64,000 nucleotides of DNA from an uncultured Planctomycetia bacterium (GTDB lineage: Bacteria > Omnitrophota > Gorgyraeia > 2-02-FULL-51-18). Within the stretch, counting starts at the first letter, position 1, and each line of letters starts with the position of its first letter. Shown piece by piece: positions 24,333-35,168 of this stretch. The DNA lies in the NCBI GenBank assembly GCA_964642015.1, contig CAZXLF010000002.1:287678-351677 (forward strand), written 5' to 3'. The position numbers were made by a program, and so were the translations under genes. The notes under the pieces are model-generated. The model worked only from the letters and a program-made list of their open reading frames with translations, ran no database searches and had not been told where the DNA came from.

Positions 24333-25300
24333 CCGCTTATTTTTTTAAACGGATCTTTAATCTTATCCCTCAATTGATCGGTATTACGCTGATCAGTTTT
24401 GCCGTGATCCATCTCGCCCCCGGAGGTCCCGTGGATGCAAGGGCGGATCTCAATCCAAAAATGTCGATGGAGGCCAAAGAAAAATTGGCGAAACTTTACG
24501 GTCTTGATAAACCGGTGATCGTGCAATATAAGGATTGGCTTAAGCGCCTATTGCGTTTTGATCTAGGAAATTCTTTTGTTGATGGCGAAAAAGTGACAAA
24601 AAAGATCAGTCACACGATCCCCGTTACGCTCTTGATCAACATTTTATCGCTTTTCTTGATCTTTGTTATCGGAATCCCTTTGGGTGTGTATGGAGCGCTC
24701 AAGGAGAACACGGTAACTGATCAAGCACTCACTTTATTTGTAATGGTGGGTTTTGCTGTTCCCACATTTTGGATATCTTTGCTTTTAATGCATTTATTCG
24801 GCGTGCAATTTCACATTTTCCCAGTCTCCGGGCTCACTTCGGTCAATTTTGAGGATATAAACAAAGTTGATAAGATCCTGGATATTTCCAAACACCTTGT
24901 GTTGCCGCTTATCGTCTCATCGATCACCGGAGTTGCGGGAATTTCGCGTTTTATGAGATCAGGCATGATTGAAGCGTTGAGATCGGATTATATCCGTACG
25001 GCACGCGCTAAAGGCCTGCCCGAAAATAAAGTGATCTATCATCACGCGCTTAGAAACGCACTTTTACCGATCGTGACAATTCTTGGCTTGTCGGTGCCGT
25101 CGCTTTTGGGCGGCAGTGTTGTTTTTGAAAGTATTTTTTCGATACCCGGCATGGGGCGCCTTTTTTTTAATTCGGTTTTTACAAGAGATTATCCGGTGAT
25201 CATGGGCATTTTAGTGTTGGGAGCGTTCCTGACTCTTTTAGGCAATCTTTTGGCGGATATTGCGTACGGCCTGGCAGATCCGAGGATTAGACTTCGGTGA
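24329..25300 (+). CDS. Peptide ABC transporter permease (OppB/DppB-like)
   Basis: DYIRTARAKGL, HALRNALLP, DPRIR. Confidence 0.93.
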   Translation: MTAYFFKRIFNLIPQLIGITLISFAVIHLAPGGPVDARADLNPKMSMEAKEKLAKLYGLDKPVIVQYKDWLKRLLRFDLGNSFVDGEKVTKKISHTIPVTLLINILSLFLIFVIGIPLGVYGALKENTVTDQALTLFVMVGFAVPTFWISLLLMHLFGVQFHIFPVSGLTSVNFEDINKVDKILDISKHLVLPLIVSSITGVAGISRFMRSGMIEALRSDYIRTARAKGLPENKVIYHHALRNALLPIVTILGLSVPSLLGGSVVFESIFSIPGMGRLFFNSVFTRDYPVIMGILVLGAFLTLLGNLLADIAYGLADPRIRLR

Positions 25301-26118
25301 GCATGAAGCCTGTCATAAACAAAAACAGTGTGCGATTGTCTTTTTTGTGGCTAGCCGCGATAGGGATCCTATCAATGGCATCGCCATTTGTATTGCACGA
25401 CAGATATCTATCGATGAATTTTTCACATATTTTAGAACCACCCTCAACACAGTATTTTTTGGGCACAGATTCTTTGGGCCGGGATCTTTTGAGCCGAATT
25501 TTAGCCGGAGCAGGTATTTCGCTCAGCGTCGGATTGTTGGCGGTGGGCATTGCCATTTTTTTGGGAATGTGCATCGGTGTGGTCGCCGGCTATTACGGCG
25601 GGCGGATCGATAAATGTCTGATGGCGTTCGTTGACCTCATGCTTTGTTTTCCGACGTTTTTTCTTATCTTAGCTGTGATCGCAATTTTGGGAACAAATAT
25701 GATGAATGTGGTGATCATCATCGGAGCTACAAGCTGGATGGGGACCGCAAGATTGGTCCGTGCAGAGGTGTTAACACTTAAAGAAAGAGAATTCGTTTTG
25801 GCGGCGCGTGCGATCGGCGCCGGCGATGCACGCATTATGTTTCTGCATTTGGTACCAAATGCTTTAGGCCCGGTGATCGTGAACGCGATCCTGGGTATTT
25901 CATCCGCGGTGCTTACCGAAACCGCTTTGAGTTTTCTCGGGATCGGGGTCCAGCCGCCGATGCCGAGTTGGGGCAATATTTTGATGGACGGAAAAGCGAC
26001 GTTGGGCGTTGCGTGGTGGTTAACGTTATTCCCGGGCATGATGATCTTATTGACGGTCCTTTCTACGAATACGATAGGGGAAGAATTCCATCAATCGATC
26101 CAAGGGCAGGACTCATGA
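25297..26118 (+). CDS. Peptide ABC transporter permease (OppC/DppC-like)
   Basis: LGTDSLGRDLLSR, EFVLAARAIGA, LSFLGIG, PSWGNIL. Confidence 0.93.
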   Translation: MSMKPVINKNSVRLSFLWLAAIGILSMASPFVLHDRYLSMNFSHILEPPSTQYFLGTDSLGRDLLSRILAGAGISLSVGLLAVGIAIFLGMCIGVVAGYYGGRIDKCLMAFVDLMLCFPTFFLILAVIAILGTNMMNVVIIIGATSWMGTARLVRAEVLTLKEREFVLAARAIGAGDARIMFLHLVPNALGPVIVNAILGISSAVLTETALSFLGIGVQPPMPSWGNILMDGKATLGVAWWLTLFPGMMILLTVLSTNTIGEEFHQSIQGQDS

Positions 26119-26948
26119 GCGCTATTCTTGAAATACGTGATCTTGAGATTATATTTTCAGGCCGTGAAAGGCAGGCTCATCAGCTGATAAGGGCCGTAGA
26201 TAAAGCCAGTTTTTCAATAGGAAACAATTCTTTCGTATCGGTTGTCGGCGAATCTGGATCGGGAAAAACTGTCACGGCGCTCGCGATAGGAGGTCTCATC
26301 AAAGCGCATGAGATAAAAGGGCATATTTTTTATCAATACAAAGATCAGGTTCGAATCGACCTATTGGGGATTTCGGAGAAAAAACTACAAAAAATCCGAG
26401 GAAAAGAAATAGCGTATATATTTCAAGATCCAGCTCGAGCGCTTAATCCGGTTCTAAGAATAGGGGATCAGATCGCTGAGGCTTACCGGGTGCATTTCGA
26501 GGCCTCTGAATTTGAAGCAAAAAAGAAAGTTTTAGATTACTTGACGGCGGTCAAAATAAAAGAGTGTGAGCGAGTTTACTGCAGTTTTCCGCATGAACTT
26601 TCCGGCGGCATGAAACAGCGCGCGATGATCGCGATGACTTTGATCTTGGAGCCGCGGATCCTCATTGCTGATGAACCGACGACGGCGCTTGATTCGGTCA
26701 CCGAGTCGGAAATCATGACACTTTTAACTGATTCAAAAAAATCGAAAGGGTTTTCAGTGTTGTTCATCACTCATGATCTGGCCTTAGCGGTGAAGTTCTC
26801 GGATCATATTTATGTGATGCAGAAAGGTAGAATCGCTGAACAGATGGCCGAAGAGGGTGGGCAGTTTAAAGCCAAAGAGGCATACACTAAAAAACTTTTT
26901 AATGCCCAATTAGCCGGTTTAAAACCGAAAAGCTTCATAGAGGTTTAA
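26115..26948 (+). CDS. Peptide ABC transporter ATPase (OppD-like)
   Basis: GESGSGKT, LSGGMKQR, DEPTTALD; ATG 26115 overlaps the upstream stop. Confidence 0.93.
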   Translation: MSAILEIRDLEIIFSGRERQAHQLIRAVDKASFSIGNNSFVSVVGESGSGKTVTALAIGGLIKAHEIKGHIFYQYKDQVRIDLLGISEKKLQKIRGKEIAYIFQDPARALNPVLRIGDQIAEAYRVHFEASEFEAKKKVLDYLTAVKIKECERVYCSFPHELSGGMKQRAMIAMTLILEPRILIADEPTTALDSVTESEIMTLLTDSKKSKGFSVLFITHDLALAVKFSDHIYVMQKGRIAEQMAEEGGQFKAKEAYTKKLFNAQLAGLKPKSFIEV

Positions 26949-26951
26949 TTC

Positions 26952-27698
26952 ATGTTGCTCGAAGTGAAAAATTTAAAAAAATACTTCCACAGCTCACGCG
27001 TAAAAGCCGTGGATGGTATTTCTTTTTCCGTTGAAGAGGGGCAAACATTTGGGGTCGTCGGTGAGTCCGGTTCAGGGAAATCCACGTTGGCCAAATTGAT
27101 TTTGAGGTTTCTCGATCCCGATGACGGACAGATCCTGTTCGAAGGGAAGGATATAAGCCACGCGAAAGAAAATGAACTCAAGGATTTTAGAAGAAAAACT
27201 CAAATCATATTCCAAGAACCGTATCATTCACTTGATCCGCATATGAGGATCGGGGATATTTTAAAAGAAGTTTTTATTCTGTCAGGTGAACGCCAAAAAG
27301 CTATTTTGATCAACAAAGCTTCGGAACTGCTCCGTCATGTCGAATTACCGGAATCTTTTCTTACACGCTACCCTCGCGAACTTAGTGGCGGAGAATGTCA
27401 AAGAATAGCTATTGCGCGTGCCATAAGCCTGAAACCTAAGCTGATCATATGTGATGAGGCGGTCTCGTCGCTTGATGCATTGGTGAGAGCTCAAATTCTC
27501 AACCTTTTTTTAAAATTGCAAAGAGAAAAACAGCTTTCGTATCTTTTTATTTCACATGATTTGAAAGTCATTCGCCATATGAGTGATATGGTCATGGTCA
27601 TAAGAGATGGGCAGGTTTGCGAAATGGGGGCAGCGGATGATGTTTTTCACGAACCAATCAATGCTTATACAAAAGAGCTCATCGCTTGCCAACTTTAA
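26952..27698 (+). CDS. Peptide ABC transporter ATPase (OppF-like)
   Basis: GESGSGKS, LSGGECQR, DEAVSSLD, ISHDL. Confidence 0.93.
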   Translation: MLLEVKNLKKYFHSSRVKAVDGISFSVEEGQTFGVVGESGSGKSTLAKLILRFLDPDDGQILFEGKDISHAKENELKDFRRKTQIIFQEPYHSLDPHMRIGDILKEVFILSGERQKAILINKASELLRHVELPESFLTRYPRELSGGECQRIAIARAISLKPKLIICDEAVSSLDALVRAQILNLFLKLQREKQLSYLFISHDLKVIRHMSDMVMVIRDGQVCEMGAADDVFHEPINAYTKELIACQL

Positions 27699-27767
27699 GA
27701 GTTATATCTATATATTATATCCATTAACAATTATGACATCTGTTTTAATTCAATTTTGTATTTATTA

Positions 27768-27795
27768 TTGATTTTTATTAAATATTGTGTATAAT
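27768..27795 (+). promoter_or_regulatory. Possible promoter of the FecR-domain gene
   Basis: TTGATT-16 nt-TATAAT in an AT-rich spacer. Confidence 0.45.
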
Positions 27796-27807
27796 TGTTA
27801 ATAAATC

Positions 27808-28830
27808 ATGAATATCAATATTCGAAAAACCATATTCTTATTGCTCAGTTTGTACCTTGCTACTTTCTCTCTCAGAGGCGCAAAAGCCGAAGATATCTAT
27901 TGTGAAGTAATGAGCGTAAAAGGTGAAGTGACCGTTGTCCAAAATGGTGCGGTCAGCGCGGTTAAACAGGGCGACCACTTAAAAGCTGGAGACGCGATTA
28001 AGGTAGGTGAAAACAGCTTCGTAGATCTTGCATATGACAAACTTTGGAGCAATGTGACAAGGATACGCGAAAACTCTGAAGTCAAGATCGGTTCCATTGA
28101 GCCAACGCATATTGATATGAAACAGGGTGATATTTTTTCAAAAATCAAGGCGCTATCCACTAATTCCTCATTCGAGATTCAGACCCCCACCGCTGTAGCA
28201 TCCGTCCGCGGCACCGAATTCGATGTGTTTGCCGGAAGGGACGGATCTACGGTGGTATCCAATTTTTCGCCAACGCCTAATTCTATAGTTGAAGTCGCAG
28301 GTTTGGATGTGGCCGGCAACAAACAACCGGCTCCTCCCGTGATGTTGACCGTAGGAAATAAAACAGAGATCCCTGAATTAGGTAAAGCGCCCACACCTCC
28401 GCAACCGATTTCTCCGGAGTTAATGGCTAAGAACGCTCAGGATTCGGTAGGCACAAAAGATAAAGGCTCCGATGACAAAAAAATAGGACAAGGTCCGGGC
28501 GGGCCGGGCAATGGTCCTGAAGATGTTTCGTCCAATACTTCTGATTCGACGATGACGGGAGGGATCAAGCCGATTACTTCGAATCCGGAACCACCAAATT
28601 CGCTGCCCACAATGCCTGCGGATGTCAATATACCGAAGCCTCCCACGGATTTTTCGCCCCCACAAATTCCTGACAGAATTGACACCATTCAGAACATTGC
28701 CGATAATGTGCAAAATAAGACAGCTACGATAACTGACAGTATTCAAAACCAAACTTTTTCTTCTCCTCCGCCGACTCCCGATATGAACATGCAATCTCCG
28801 CCTCCGACACCGTCCCCTTCCCCGAGTTGA
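27808..28830 (+). CDS. Secreted FecR-domain protein with Pro-rich C-terminal tail
   Basis: Signal peptide; FEIQTPTAVASVRGTEF FecR motif; Pro/Ser/Thr-rich C-terminus. Confidence 0.8.
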   Translation: MNINIRKTIFLLLSLYLATFSLRGAKAEDIYCEVMSVKGEVTVVQNGAVSAVKQGDHLKAGDAIKVGENSFVDLAYDKLWSNVTRIRENSEVKIGSIEPTHIDMKQGDIFSKIKALSTNSSFEIQTPTAVASVRGTEFDVFAGRDGSTVVSNFSPTPNSIVEVAGLDVAGNKQPAPPVMLTVGNKTEIPELGKAPTPPQPISPELMAKNAQDSVGTKDKGSDDKKIGQGPGGPGNGPEDVSSNTSDSTMTGGIKPITSNPEPPNSLPTMPADVNIPKPPTDFSPPQIPDRIDTIQNIADNVQNKTATITDSIQNQTFSSPPPTPDMNMQSPPPTPSPSPS

Positions 28831-28848
28831 TTCAGGCCGGAGTCTAAT

Positions 28849-29955
28849 TTGATTAAAAGATCTTTAGTGAATTATAAATCGGCAACAAGTCAAAAATGCA
28901 TCCCAGTTTTGATAATATTTTTAGGTCTTATTTTATCAGCTCAATCAGTTGATGCTGACGATGCGTTGACTGATCAGCAGAAGGCTGAAAGACGCCAAGA
29001 ACTTGATCAGGCGGTTCGCTTGTCCGACTACATGAAAGCACAAAAGAAAAAGGCGGAAGCCGCTGCCAAAAATCCATGGAGCGTGAACGTGGTTACGAAC
29101 CTAGGCTATGACAGGAATGTCACGTTCGATTCACGCCGTCTCGCTGATACGTTTCACCAGGAAACAGCGACGGTTACTTATACGGAGGATCATGGCGAGC
29201 TGGCCGGTTTTATCCCTGGAGGCAGATACGGATTTTCGGGTAATCTGGACGAATTGGATTATTCCAGGCGCAACGAATCCGATTACCGCAATTATAAGGT
29301 CAACCCTTTTTTTACGACAAATCTTACTCCATTCGAATCTTTGAGAACTGAGTATACGTTCAAGAATGTCCGCTATCTCAAAAACGATCAGATCAATTAT
29401 TTGAGCCACGAAATAAAGAATTCACTGATCGAAGCGCGTTTTTCTCATTGGCTGCATACCGCTTACACAAAGATCGAATTCAAGGATTACACCGATCGAT
29501 TCGCATTGGACGCATCGGCGCTTTCATCTTCGGACAAACGTTTTGATACGTTATGCGAATACGGTTATACCGCGATCTATTTTCCGTCGGACAAACTGGT
29601 CTTCGGGGCCACCGGTGCTTACCATGTCAACGACTCCAATGATAATTTTCAGAATTACAGTGATTATGACGGCTACAAAGTGACTGGTTTTGTTTACGCG
29701 GTTTTATCGGACCGAATCAATTTGGTTGAAGCAGCCGGTTGGGATCAGAAATATTATAAAGCAAAAACTTTAAGCGCTGATCCTTCCAAAAATGAGCAGG
29801 ATGGATTCCTTTATTTTGCTACATATCTTTATTACAATCTTACTCCAAAAACGCAGATCGTGTTCTCGTATCTGTGGGATCAGGATTTTTCAAACAATCC
29901 ATTGCTTCAATTCACCGGCACTATGGCGACTGTCGGTTTCTCGGTCAAAATTTAG
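28849..29955 (+). CDS. Putative outer-membrane beta-barrel protein
   Basis: Signal peptide, GYDRNV first strand, Tyr-rich alternating strands, C-terminal VGFSVKI. Confidence 0.65.
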   Translation: MIKRSLVNYKSATSQKCIPVLIIFLGLILSAQSVDADDALTDQQKAERRQELDQAVRLSDYMKAQKKKAEAAAKNPWSVNVVTNLGYDRNVTFDSRRLADTFHQETATVTYTEDHGELAGFIPGGRYGFSGNLDELDYSRRNESDYRNYKVNPFFTTNLTPFESLRTEYTFKNVRYLKNDQINYLSHEIKNSLIEARFSHWLHTAYTKIEFKDYTDRFALDASALSSSDKRFDTLCEYGYTAIYFPSDKLVFGATGAYHVNDSNDNFQNYSDYDGYKVTGFVYAVLSDRINLVEAAGWDQKYYKAKTLSADPSKNEQDGFLYFATYLYYNLTPKTQIVFSYLWDQDFSNNPLLQFTGTMATVGFSVKI

Positions 29956-29962
29956 TAACTTC

Positions 29963-29991
29963 TTGCCAAGATACCCTAGTAGTTTTATAAT
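29963..29991 (+). promoter_or_regulatory. Sigma70-type promoter of the glgC operon
   Basis: TTGCCA-17 nt-TATAAT. Confidence 0.65.
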
Positions 29992-30073
29992 GATTGCCTT
30001 GTAATAAAAGGTCTCTTCCGGTTTTTCCTGAATGCGACCGTCAATGTTAACCCTATTAAATTTAATCGGTTAA

Positions 30074-31297
30074 ATGAAAAAGTTACTTACATTTCTCATG
30101 GCCGGAGGAAAAGGCGAGCGTCTTTATCCGCTTACCAAGGACCGCGCAAAGCCTGCGGTGCCGTTTGGCGGGATTTACCGGATCGTGGATTTCACGCTTT
30201 CAAACTGCATTAATTCCGGTATCCGCCGGATCCATATCCTGACGCAATATAAATCAATGTCCTTGTCCAGGCATATCCGCATGGGCTGGAACGTCTTAAA
30301 TTCAGAAGTGGGTGAGTATATCGACGTTGTGCCGGCTCAACAGCGTATTGATGAGCATTGGTACCAAGGTACGGCTGATTCGATCTATCAGAATATTTAT
30401 TCGATCCGCATTGAGAATCCAGAGCAGATCTTGATCCTTGCCGGGGACCATATTTATAAAATGAACTATCGGCTGATGCTTGAAGCGCATCGGCAGGCAA
30501 AGGCGGATCTGACGATCGGTGTTGTGCCGATGCCCAAAGAAGAATCGCCGAACGTCGGCGTGATCGAGGTGAATGCAGAGAACATGGTCGTGGGCTTCGA
30601 AGAAAAGCCGAAAGTCCCAAAGACCGTTCCGGGTGATCCGGAAAATCTTTACGGATCAATGGGTATCTATATTTTTGACAGAAAGATCTTAGAAGAAGAG
30701 TTGAGTGAAGATTCAAAAAAAGATTCCACACATGATTTTGGAAAAGATATTATTCCTCAGATGATCCAGAAAGGCCAGCGCCGCATTTTGGCGTATAAAT
30801 TCGTTGATGAAAATAACAAAGCCGCTCTGTATTGGAGAGATGTCGGGACTTTGGACGCTTATTATGAAGCGAACATGGACCTGATCCAGGTATCACCGCA
30901 TTTTAATCTGTATGACCGCGAATGGCCTATCCGTACATATCAGCCGCAATATCCGCCGGCAAAATTCGTGTTTGCTCAGGCCTTCGGCGGACGCCGCGGA
31001 ACGGCTTTGGATTCTATCGTCGGCGACGGTTGCATCATTTCAGGCGGTTTGGTGCAGCGTTCTATTTTGTCTCCCAACGTGCGTGTCAACAGTTACGCGG
31101 AAGTTGAGGACTCGCTCATCATGGAAGGCGTGGATGTGGGACGTCACGCGAAGATCAAGAACGCGATCATCGACAAACACGTGAAAATTATGCCGAACGC
31201 GGAGATTGGCATCAATAGAGCAAAAGACGAAAAGCGCTTTATGGTCACACCCAAAGGCATTGTCGTGGTGGAAAAGGGCGCGGTGGTTGAAGAATAA
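30074..31297 (+). CDS. glgC: Glucose-1-phosphate adenylyltransferase
   Basis: [51 protein letters not shown]. Confidence 0.97.
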   Translation: MKKLLTFLMAGGKGERLYPLTKDRAKPAVPFGGIYRIVDFTLSNCINSGIRRIHILTQYKSMSLSRHIRMGWNVLNSEVGEYIDVVPAQQRIDEHWYQGTADSIYQNIYSIRIENPEQILILAGDHIYKMNYRLMLEAHRQAKADLTIGVVPMPKEESPNVGVIEVNAENMVVGFEEKPKVPKTVPGDPENLYGSMGIYIFDRKILEEELSEDSKKDSTHDFGKDIIPQMIQKGQRRILAYKFVDENNKAALYWRDVGTLDAYYEANMDLIQVSPHFNLYDREWPIRTYQPQYPPAKFVFAQAFGGRRGTALDSIVGDGCIISGGLVQRSILSPNVRVNSYAEVEDSLIMEGVDVGRHAKIKNAIIDKHVKIMPNAEIGINRAKDEKRFMVTPKGIVVVEKGAVVEE

Positions 31298-32079
31298 TGA
31301 GCGCCGATGTTTTAAAAATTGGCAGTTTTGAATTAAAGTCCCGCCTGATTGTCGGAACGGGTAAGTACGCTTCGTTTCAGGAAATGACGGAAGCGCTTGA
31401 GGCCTCGGGCACCGAGATGGTCACCGTTGCTGTCAGACGGATCAATCTCGACCGCACAAAAGAATCTTTACTCGATTTTGTTGATCCCAAAAAATATATT
31501 CTTTTACCGAACACAGCCGGCTGCTATACCAAAGAAGACGCGGTCCGCATCGCACGTCTCGGCCGCGCGGCGGGTCTTTCGAATCTTGTGAAGCTTGAGG
31601 TCATCGGAGATGAAAAGACTTTGTTGCCGGATACTTTAGCGCTTTTGGAAGCGACGAAAGAATTGGTCAAAGATGGATTCATCGTGATGCCGTATACGAA
31701 TGACGATCCGATCATGGCCAAACGCCTTGAAGATGCGGGAGCGGCGTGCGTGATGCCTCTTGCAGCACCGATCGGTTCAGGACAAGGAGTGATGAACCGT
31801 TTAAATATCGAGCTTTTGATAGAAAAAATAAGCGTACCGGTTATCGTGGATGCCGGTGTTGGCACTGCTTCGGACGCGGCGATCGCGATGGAACTGGGTG
31901 CGGACGGCGTTTTAATGAATACGGCGATCGCTGGCGCAAAAGAGCCGGTCAAAATGGCCGAAGCAATGAAATTGGCGGTACGCGCCGGTCGTCTTGCATT
32001 TCAAGCGGGAAGAATTGAGAAAAAACGGCATGCAAATGCATCAAGCCCTGTTACGGGATTAGTTGGAGCTATTGAATGA
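31297..32079 (+). CDS. thiG: Thiazole synthase
   Basis: [44 protein letters not shown]. Confidence 0.96.
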   Translation: MSADVLKIGSFELKSRLIVGTGKYASFQEMTEALEASGTEMVTVAVRRINLDRTKESLLDFVDPKKYILLPNTAGCYTKEDAVRIARLGRAAGLSNLVKLEVIGDEKTLLPDTLALLEATKELVKDGFIVMPYTNDDPIMAKRLEDAGAACVMPLAAPIGSGQGVMNRLNIELLIEKISVPVIVDAGVGTASDAAIAMELGADGVLMNTAIAGAKEPVKMAEAMKLAVRAGRLAFQAGRIEKKRHANASSPVTGLVGAIE

Positions 32080-33170
32080 AAAAAAATACAAATCATAAAA
32101 GGCATTATCGTATCGCGGTTATTCCGGGAGATGGCACAGGTCCGGAAGTTGTCACTGAAGCGTTGAAAGTTTTGGAGGCTTCCTCAAAGACTAGCGGTTA
32201 TTCTTTGGAATTGGAGCATTTTGATTTTGGAGGTGAGCGTTATCTCAAGACTAAAAAAGTTTTGACGGACAAGGAGGTCTCGGCGCTTAAAAAATTCGAT
32301 GCGATCCTTTTAGGGGCGGTCGGTCATCCGGATGTCAAACCGGGCATTCTTGAAAAGGGATTGCTTTTAAAGATCCGTTTTGATCTTGAGCAATATATCA
32401 ATCTGCGCCCTGTCAAACTTTATCCCGGGGTTTGGACTCCTTTAAGAGACAAAGGCCCCGAAGACATTGATTTTGTCGTTGTCCGCGAAAATAACGAAGG
32501 ACTGTATGTCGGTGAAGGCAAATTCATTAATAAAGGAAAGAAGAACGAAGTTGCACTCCAGGTTTCCCGCAATACTAGAAAAGGCGTCGAACGTTGCATT
32601 CGCTATGCGTTTGAGTTAACTCGCAAGCGAGATAAAAGAAAGAAACTGACGCTGTGTGCCAAAACCAATGTGCTGACTTATGCGCACGACCTTTGGTGGA
32701 GGGTGTTTAATGAAATTGCCAAGGAATATAAGGACGTCCAGACTGATTATGCGCATGTTGATGCCACCTGCATGTGGATGGTGAAGAATCCCGAATGGTT
32801 TGATGTGATCGTGACCGACAACATGTTCGGCGATATCATTACGGATCTTGGCGCAATGATCCAAGGCGGAATGGGGATCGCGGCCGGCGGGAATTTGAAT
32901 CCCGAAGGAGTTTCTATGTTCGAGCCGATCGGCGGTTCAGCTCCCAAATATACCGGCCAAAACGTGATCAATCCGTTGGCTGCGATCTGTGCGGCGGGCA
33001 TGATGATCGATCATTTAGGTGAGAACGAGGCGGCAGCGGAGATCGAGAATGCCGTGATGAATGTGACAAAGAATAAATTGAAATCTCTCGCGGCGGGAAA
33101 GATGGGTTATGGGACCCGCGAAGTCGGCGATCTGGTCGTCGACTCATTGAGACAGACGGTGAATAGATAG
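32076..33170 (+). CDS. leuB: 3-isopropylmalate dehydrogenase
   Basis: [38 protein letters not shown]; leuB-asd-truA order. Confidence 0.9.
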   Translation: MKKNTNHKRHYRIAVIPGDGTGPEVVTEALKVLEASSKTSGYSLELEHFDFGGERYLKTKKVLTDKEVSALKKFDAILLGAVGHPDVKPGILEKGLLLKIRFDLEQYINLRPVKLYPGVWTPLRDKGPEDIDFVVVRENNEGLYVGEGKFINKGKKNEVALQVSRNTRKGVERCIRYAFELTRKRDKRKKLTLCAKTNVLTYAHDLWWRVFNEIAKEYKDVQTDYAHVDATCMWMVKNPEWFDVIVTDNMFGDIITDLGAMIQGGMGIAAGGNLNPEGVSMFEPIGGSAPKYTGQNVINPLAAICAAGMMIDHLGENEAAAEIENAVMNVTKNKLKSLAAGKMGYGTREVGDLVVDSLRQTVNR

Positions 33171-33178
33171 GAAAAAGA

Positions 33179-34201
33179 ATGAAGAAGAAATCAAAATACA
33201 ATGTCGCTGTGATGGGCGCTACAGGCGCTGTCGGCGAGGAGATGTTGAAGATCCTTGAGCAGAGAAATTTTCCGGTAGATAAACTTGTTCTGCTTGCATC
33301 GGCGCGTTCGGTCGGAAAAAAATATCGATTTAAAGACAAAGAGATCGCGGTCCAAGAATTGAAAGAGGATTCGTTCAAGGATATCGACATTGTCCTGGCG
33401 AGCGCCGGTGGATCGATCTCAAAAAAATTCGCTCCATTCGCATTAAAAGAAGGCGCTGTGGTTATCGACAATACAAGCGCCTTCCGCATGGACCCTGCGG
33501 TGCCTCTTGTGGTACCCGAGATCAACCCGCAGGATATCAAAAAACATAAAGGCATTATCGCCAATCCCAATTGCTCGACGATCATCATGCTAGTGCCTAT
33601 TTTTCCGATACATCGTGTGAACCGGATCAAACGTATACTCGTTTCTACTTATCAGGCTGCTTCAGGCGCCGGCGCCAAAGCAATGAAGGAGCTTGAAGAT
33701 CAATCGCGTGATGTACTGGCTGGCCGAACTCCAAAAAAAGAGGTATTCCCTCATCAGATCGCGTTCAACCTTTTCTCTCACAATAGCGCCATTAAAGATG
33801 AGGGGTACAACGAAGAAGAAATTAAGATGATCAAGGAAACGAAAAAGATCTTTCACGACGATAAAATAAAGATCGTCTCAACGACCGTGCGTGTGCCGGT
33901 TTTCAGGGCTCATTCTGAATCGATCTATCTTGAGCTAGCGAAGAAGCCGGATCTAAACCGCATTTCAAAGCTTTTGTCCAAAGCGCCCGGCGTGAAAGTC
34001 GTCGATGATAGGGAAAAGAATTATTTCCCGATGCCACTTGAGGCCTCCGGCAATGATGATGTGCTGGTGGGGCGCATCCGTAAAGATCTTTCGTCCCCGA
34101 ATGGTCTTTGTCTTTTTGTCGCGGGGGATCAGCTGAGAAAAGGCGCTGCGCTCAATGCGGTGCAGATCGCTGAAATACTGTGCGGATTAAAAACCCGCTG
34201 A
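33179..34201 (+). CDS. asd: Aspartate-semialdehyde dehydrogenase
   Basis: GATGAVG, ANPNCST, STYQAASGAG, DQLRKGAALNAVQIAE. Confidence 0.97.
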   Translation: MKKKSKYNVAVMGATGAVGEEMLKILEQRNFPVDKLVLLASARSVGKKYRFKDKEIAVQELKEDSFKDIDIVLASAGGSISKKFAPFALKEGAVVIDNTSAFRMDPAVPLVVPEINPQDIKKHKGIIANPNCSTIIMLVPIFPIHRVNRIKRILVSTYQAASGAGAKAMKELEDQSRDVLAGRTPKKEVFPHQIAFNLFSHNSAIKDEGYNEEEIKMIKETKKIFHDDKIKIVSTTVRVPVFRAHSESIYLELAKKPDLNRISKLLSKAPGVKVVDDREKNYFPMPLEASGNDDVLVGRIRKDLSSPNGLCLFVAGDQLRKGAALNAVQIAEILCGLKTR

Positions 34202-34208
34202 AATATTC

Positions 34209-34943
34209 GTGCGGACTGTCCGGCTGACAATCGGCTTTCAGGGCACCCGCTACGAGGGCTGGCAAAGTCAGAAAAAAGGCAATACAGTCCAGGAGATATT
34301 CGAGAAGTATCTCCAAAAGATCCTCAAAGAAAAAACAGATCTTATTTCAAGCTCCCGTACCGACAGCGGAGTCCATGCGCTGGGACTTGTCGCTCACTTC
34401 AGCACTTCATCCAAGCTTCCGGACCAAAAGATCAAACATGCGCTAAATTTTTATCTTCCGCGCGATATCGTGGTGCATTCGACTCAAACAGCGACCCACA
34501 GATTTCACGCGCGCTATCACGCCAGATCAAAGATCTACCGTTACGATATATACAATAAAAAAACTCGCCCGCTTTTTGAGGCGCCTTATGTGCTTTGGCA
34601 TCCGGATTTTTTGGATGTACGTGCAATGAGCAAAGCCGCCGTATATTTAAAAGGAAAACATGATTTCAGCACGTTCCATGATAAGGGGGATGATAAAAAA
34701 AGTTCCGTTCGCACGATCAAACGACTGACGATCAGGAGAACCAAAGGCCTTATCCGTATCGAGATCGAGGCTGACGGTTTTCTGCGGCACATGGTGCGTG
34801 TGATCGCAGGGACTTTGATTGAAGTCGGCCGAAAAAAGATCGCACCGGAGAAAGTGAAAGATATTCTTCATTCAAAGGACCGCTCCCAGGCCGGTCCAAC
34901 TGCCAAACCCCATGGCTTAATGCTCGTGAAGGTGAAATACTGA
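34209..34943 (+). CDS. truA: tRNA pseudouridine(38-40) synthase
   Basis: GWQSQ, SRTDSGVHA, FLRHMVRVIAG, TAKPHGL. Confidence 0.96.
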   Translation: MRTVRLTIGFQGTRYEGWQSQKKGNTVQEIFEKYLQKILKEKTDLISSSRTDSGVHALGLVAHFSTSSKLPDQKIKHALNFYLPRDIVVHSTQTATHRFHARYHARSKIYRYDIYNKKTRPLFEAPYVLWHPDFLDVRAMSKAAVYLKGKHDFSTFHDKGDDKKSSVRTIKRLTIRRTKGLIRIEIEADGFLRHMVRVIAGTLIEVGRKKIAPEKVKDILHSKDRSQAGPTAKPHGLMLVKVKY

Positions 34944-35088
34944 CGGGGCATTTTTTCGCTTAACTTGTCTTTAGGAGCCTGCTAGCCATTCGGCACTTGG
35001 CAGCGAATCAACACATTTAAATCTATTTAAGCAAAACCTATCGGATGTTATATTATCAAAATAAATATGATTATTTATCAAATTCGGC

Positions 35089-35117
35089 TTGACAAAAGCG
35101 AAAGAGGCATGTAATCT
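35089..35117 (+). promoter_or_regulatory. Sigma70-type promoter of the giant gene
   Basis: TTGACA-17 nt-TAATCT; AGAGGA SD at about 35158. Confidence 0.65.
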
Positions 35118-35168
35118 TCGATGCATGACCATCAAACACATTCAAGAAAGCCAACCCAGAGGACTTGA

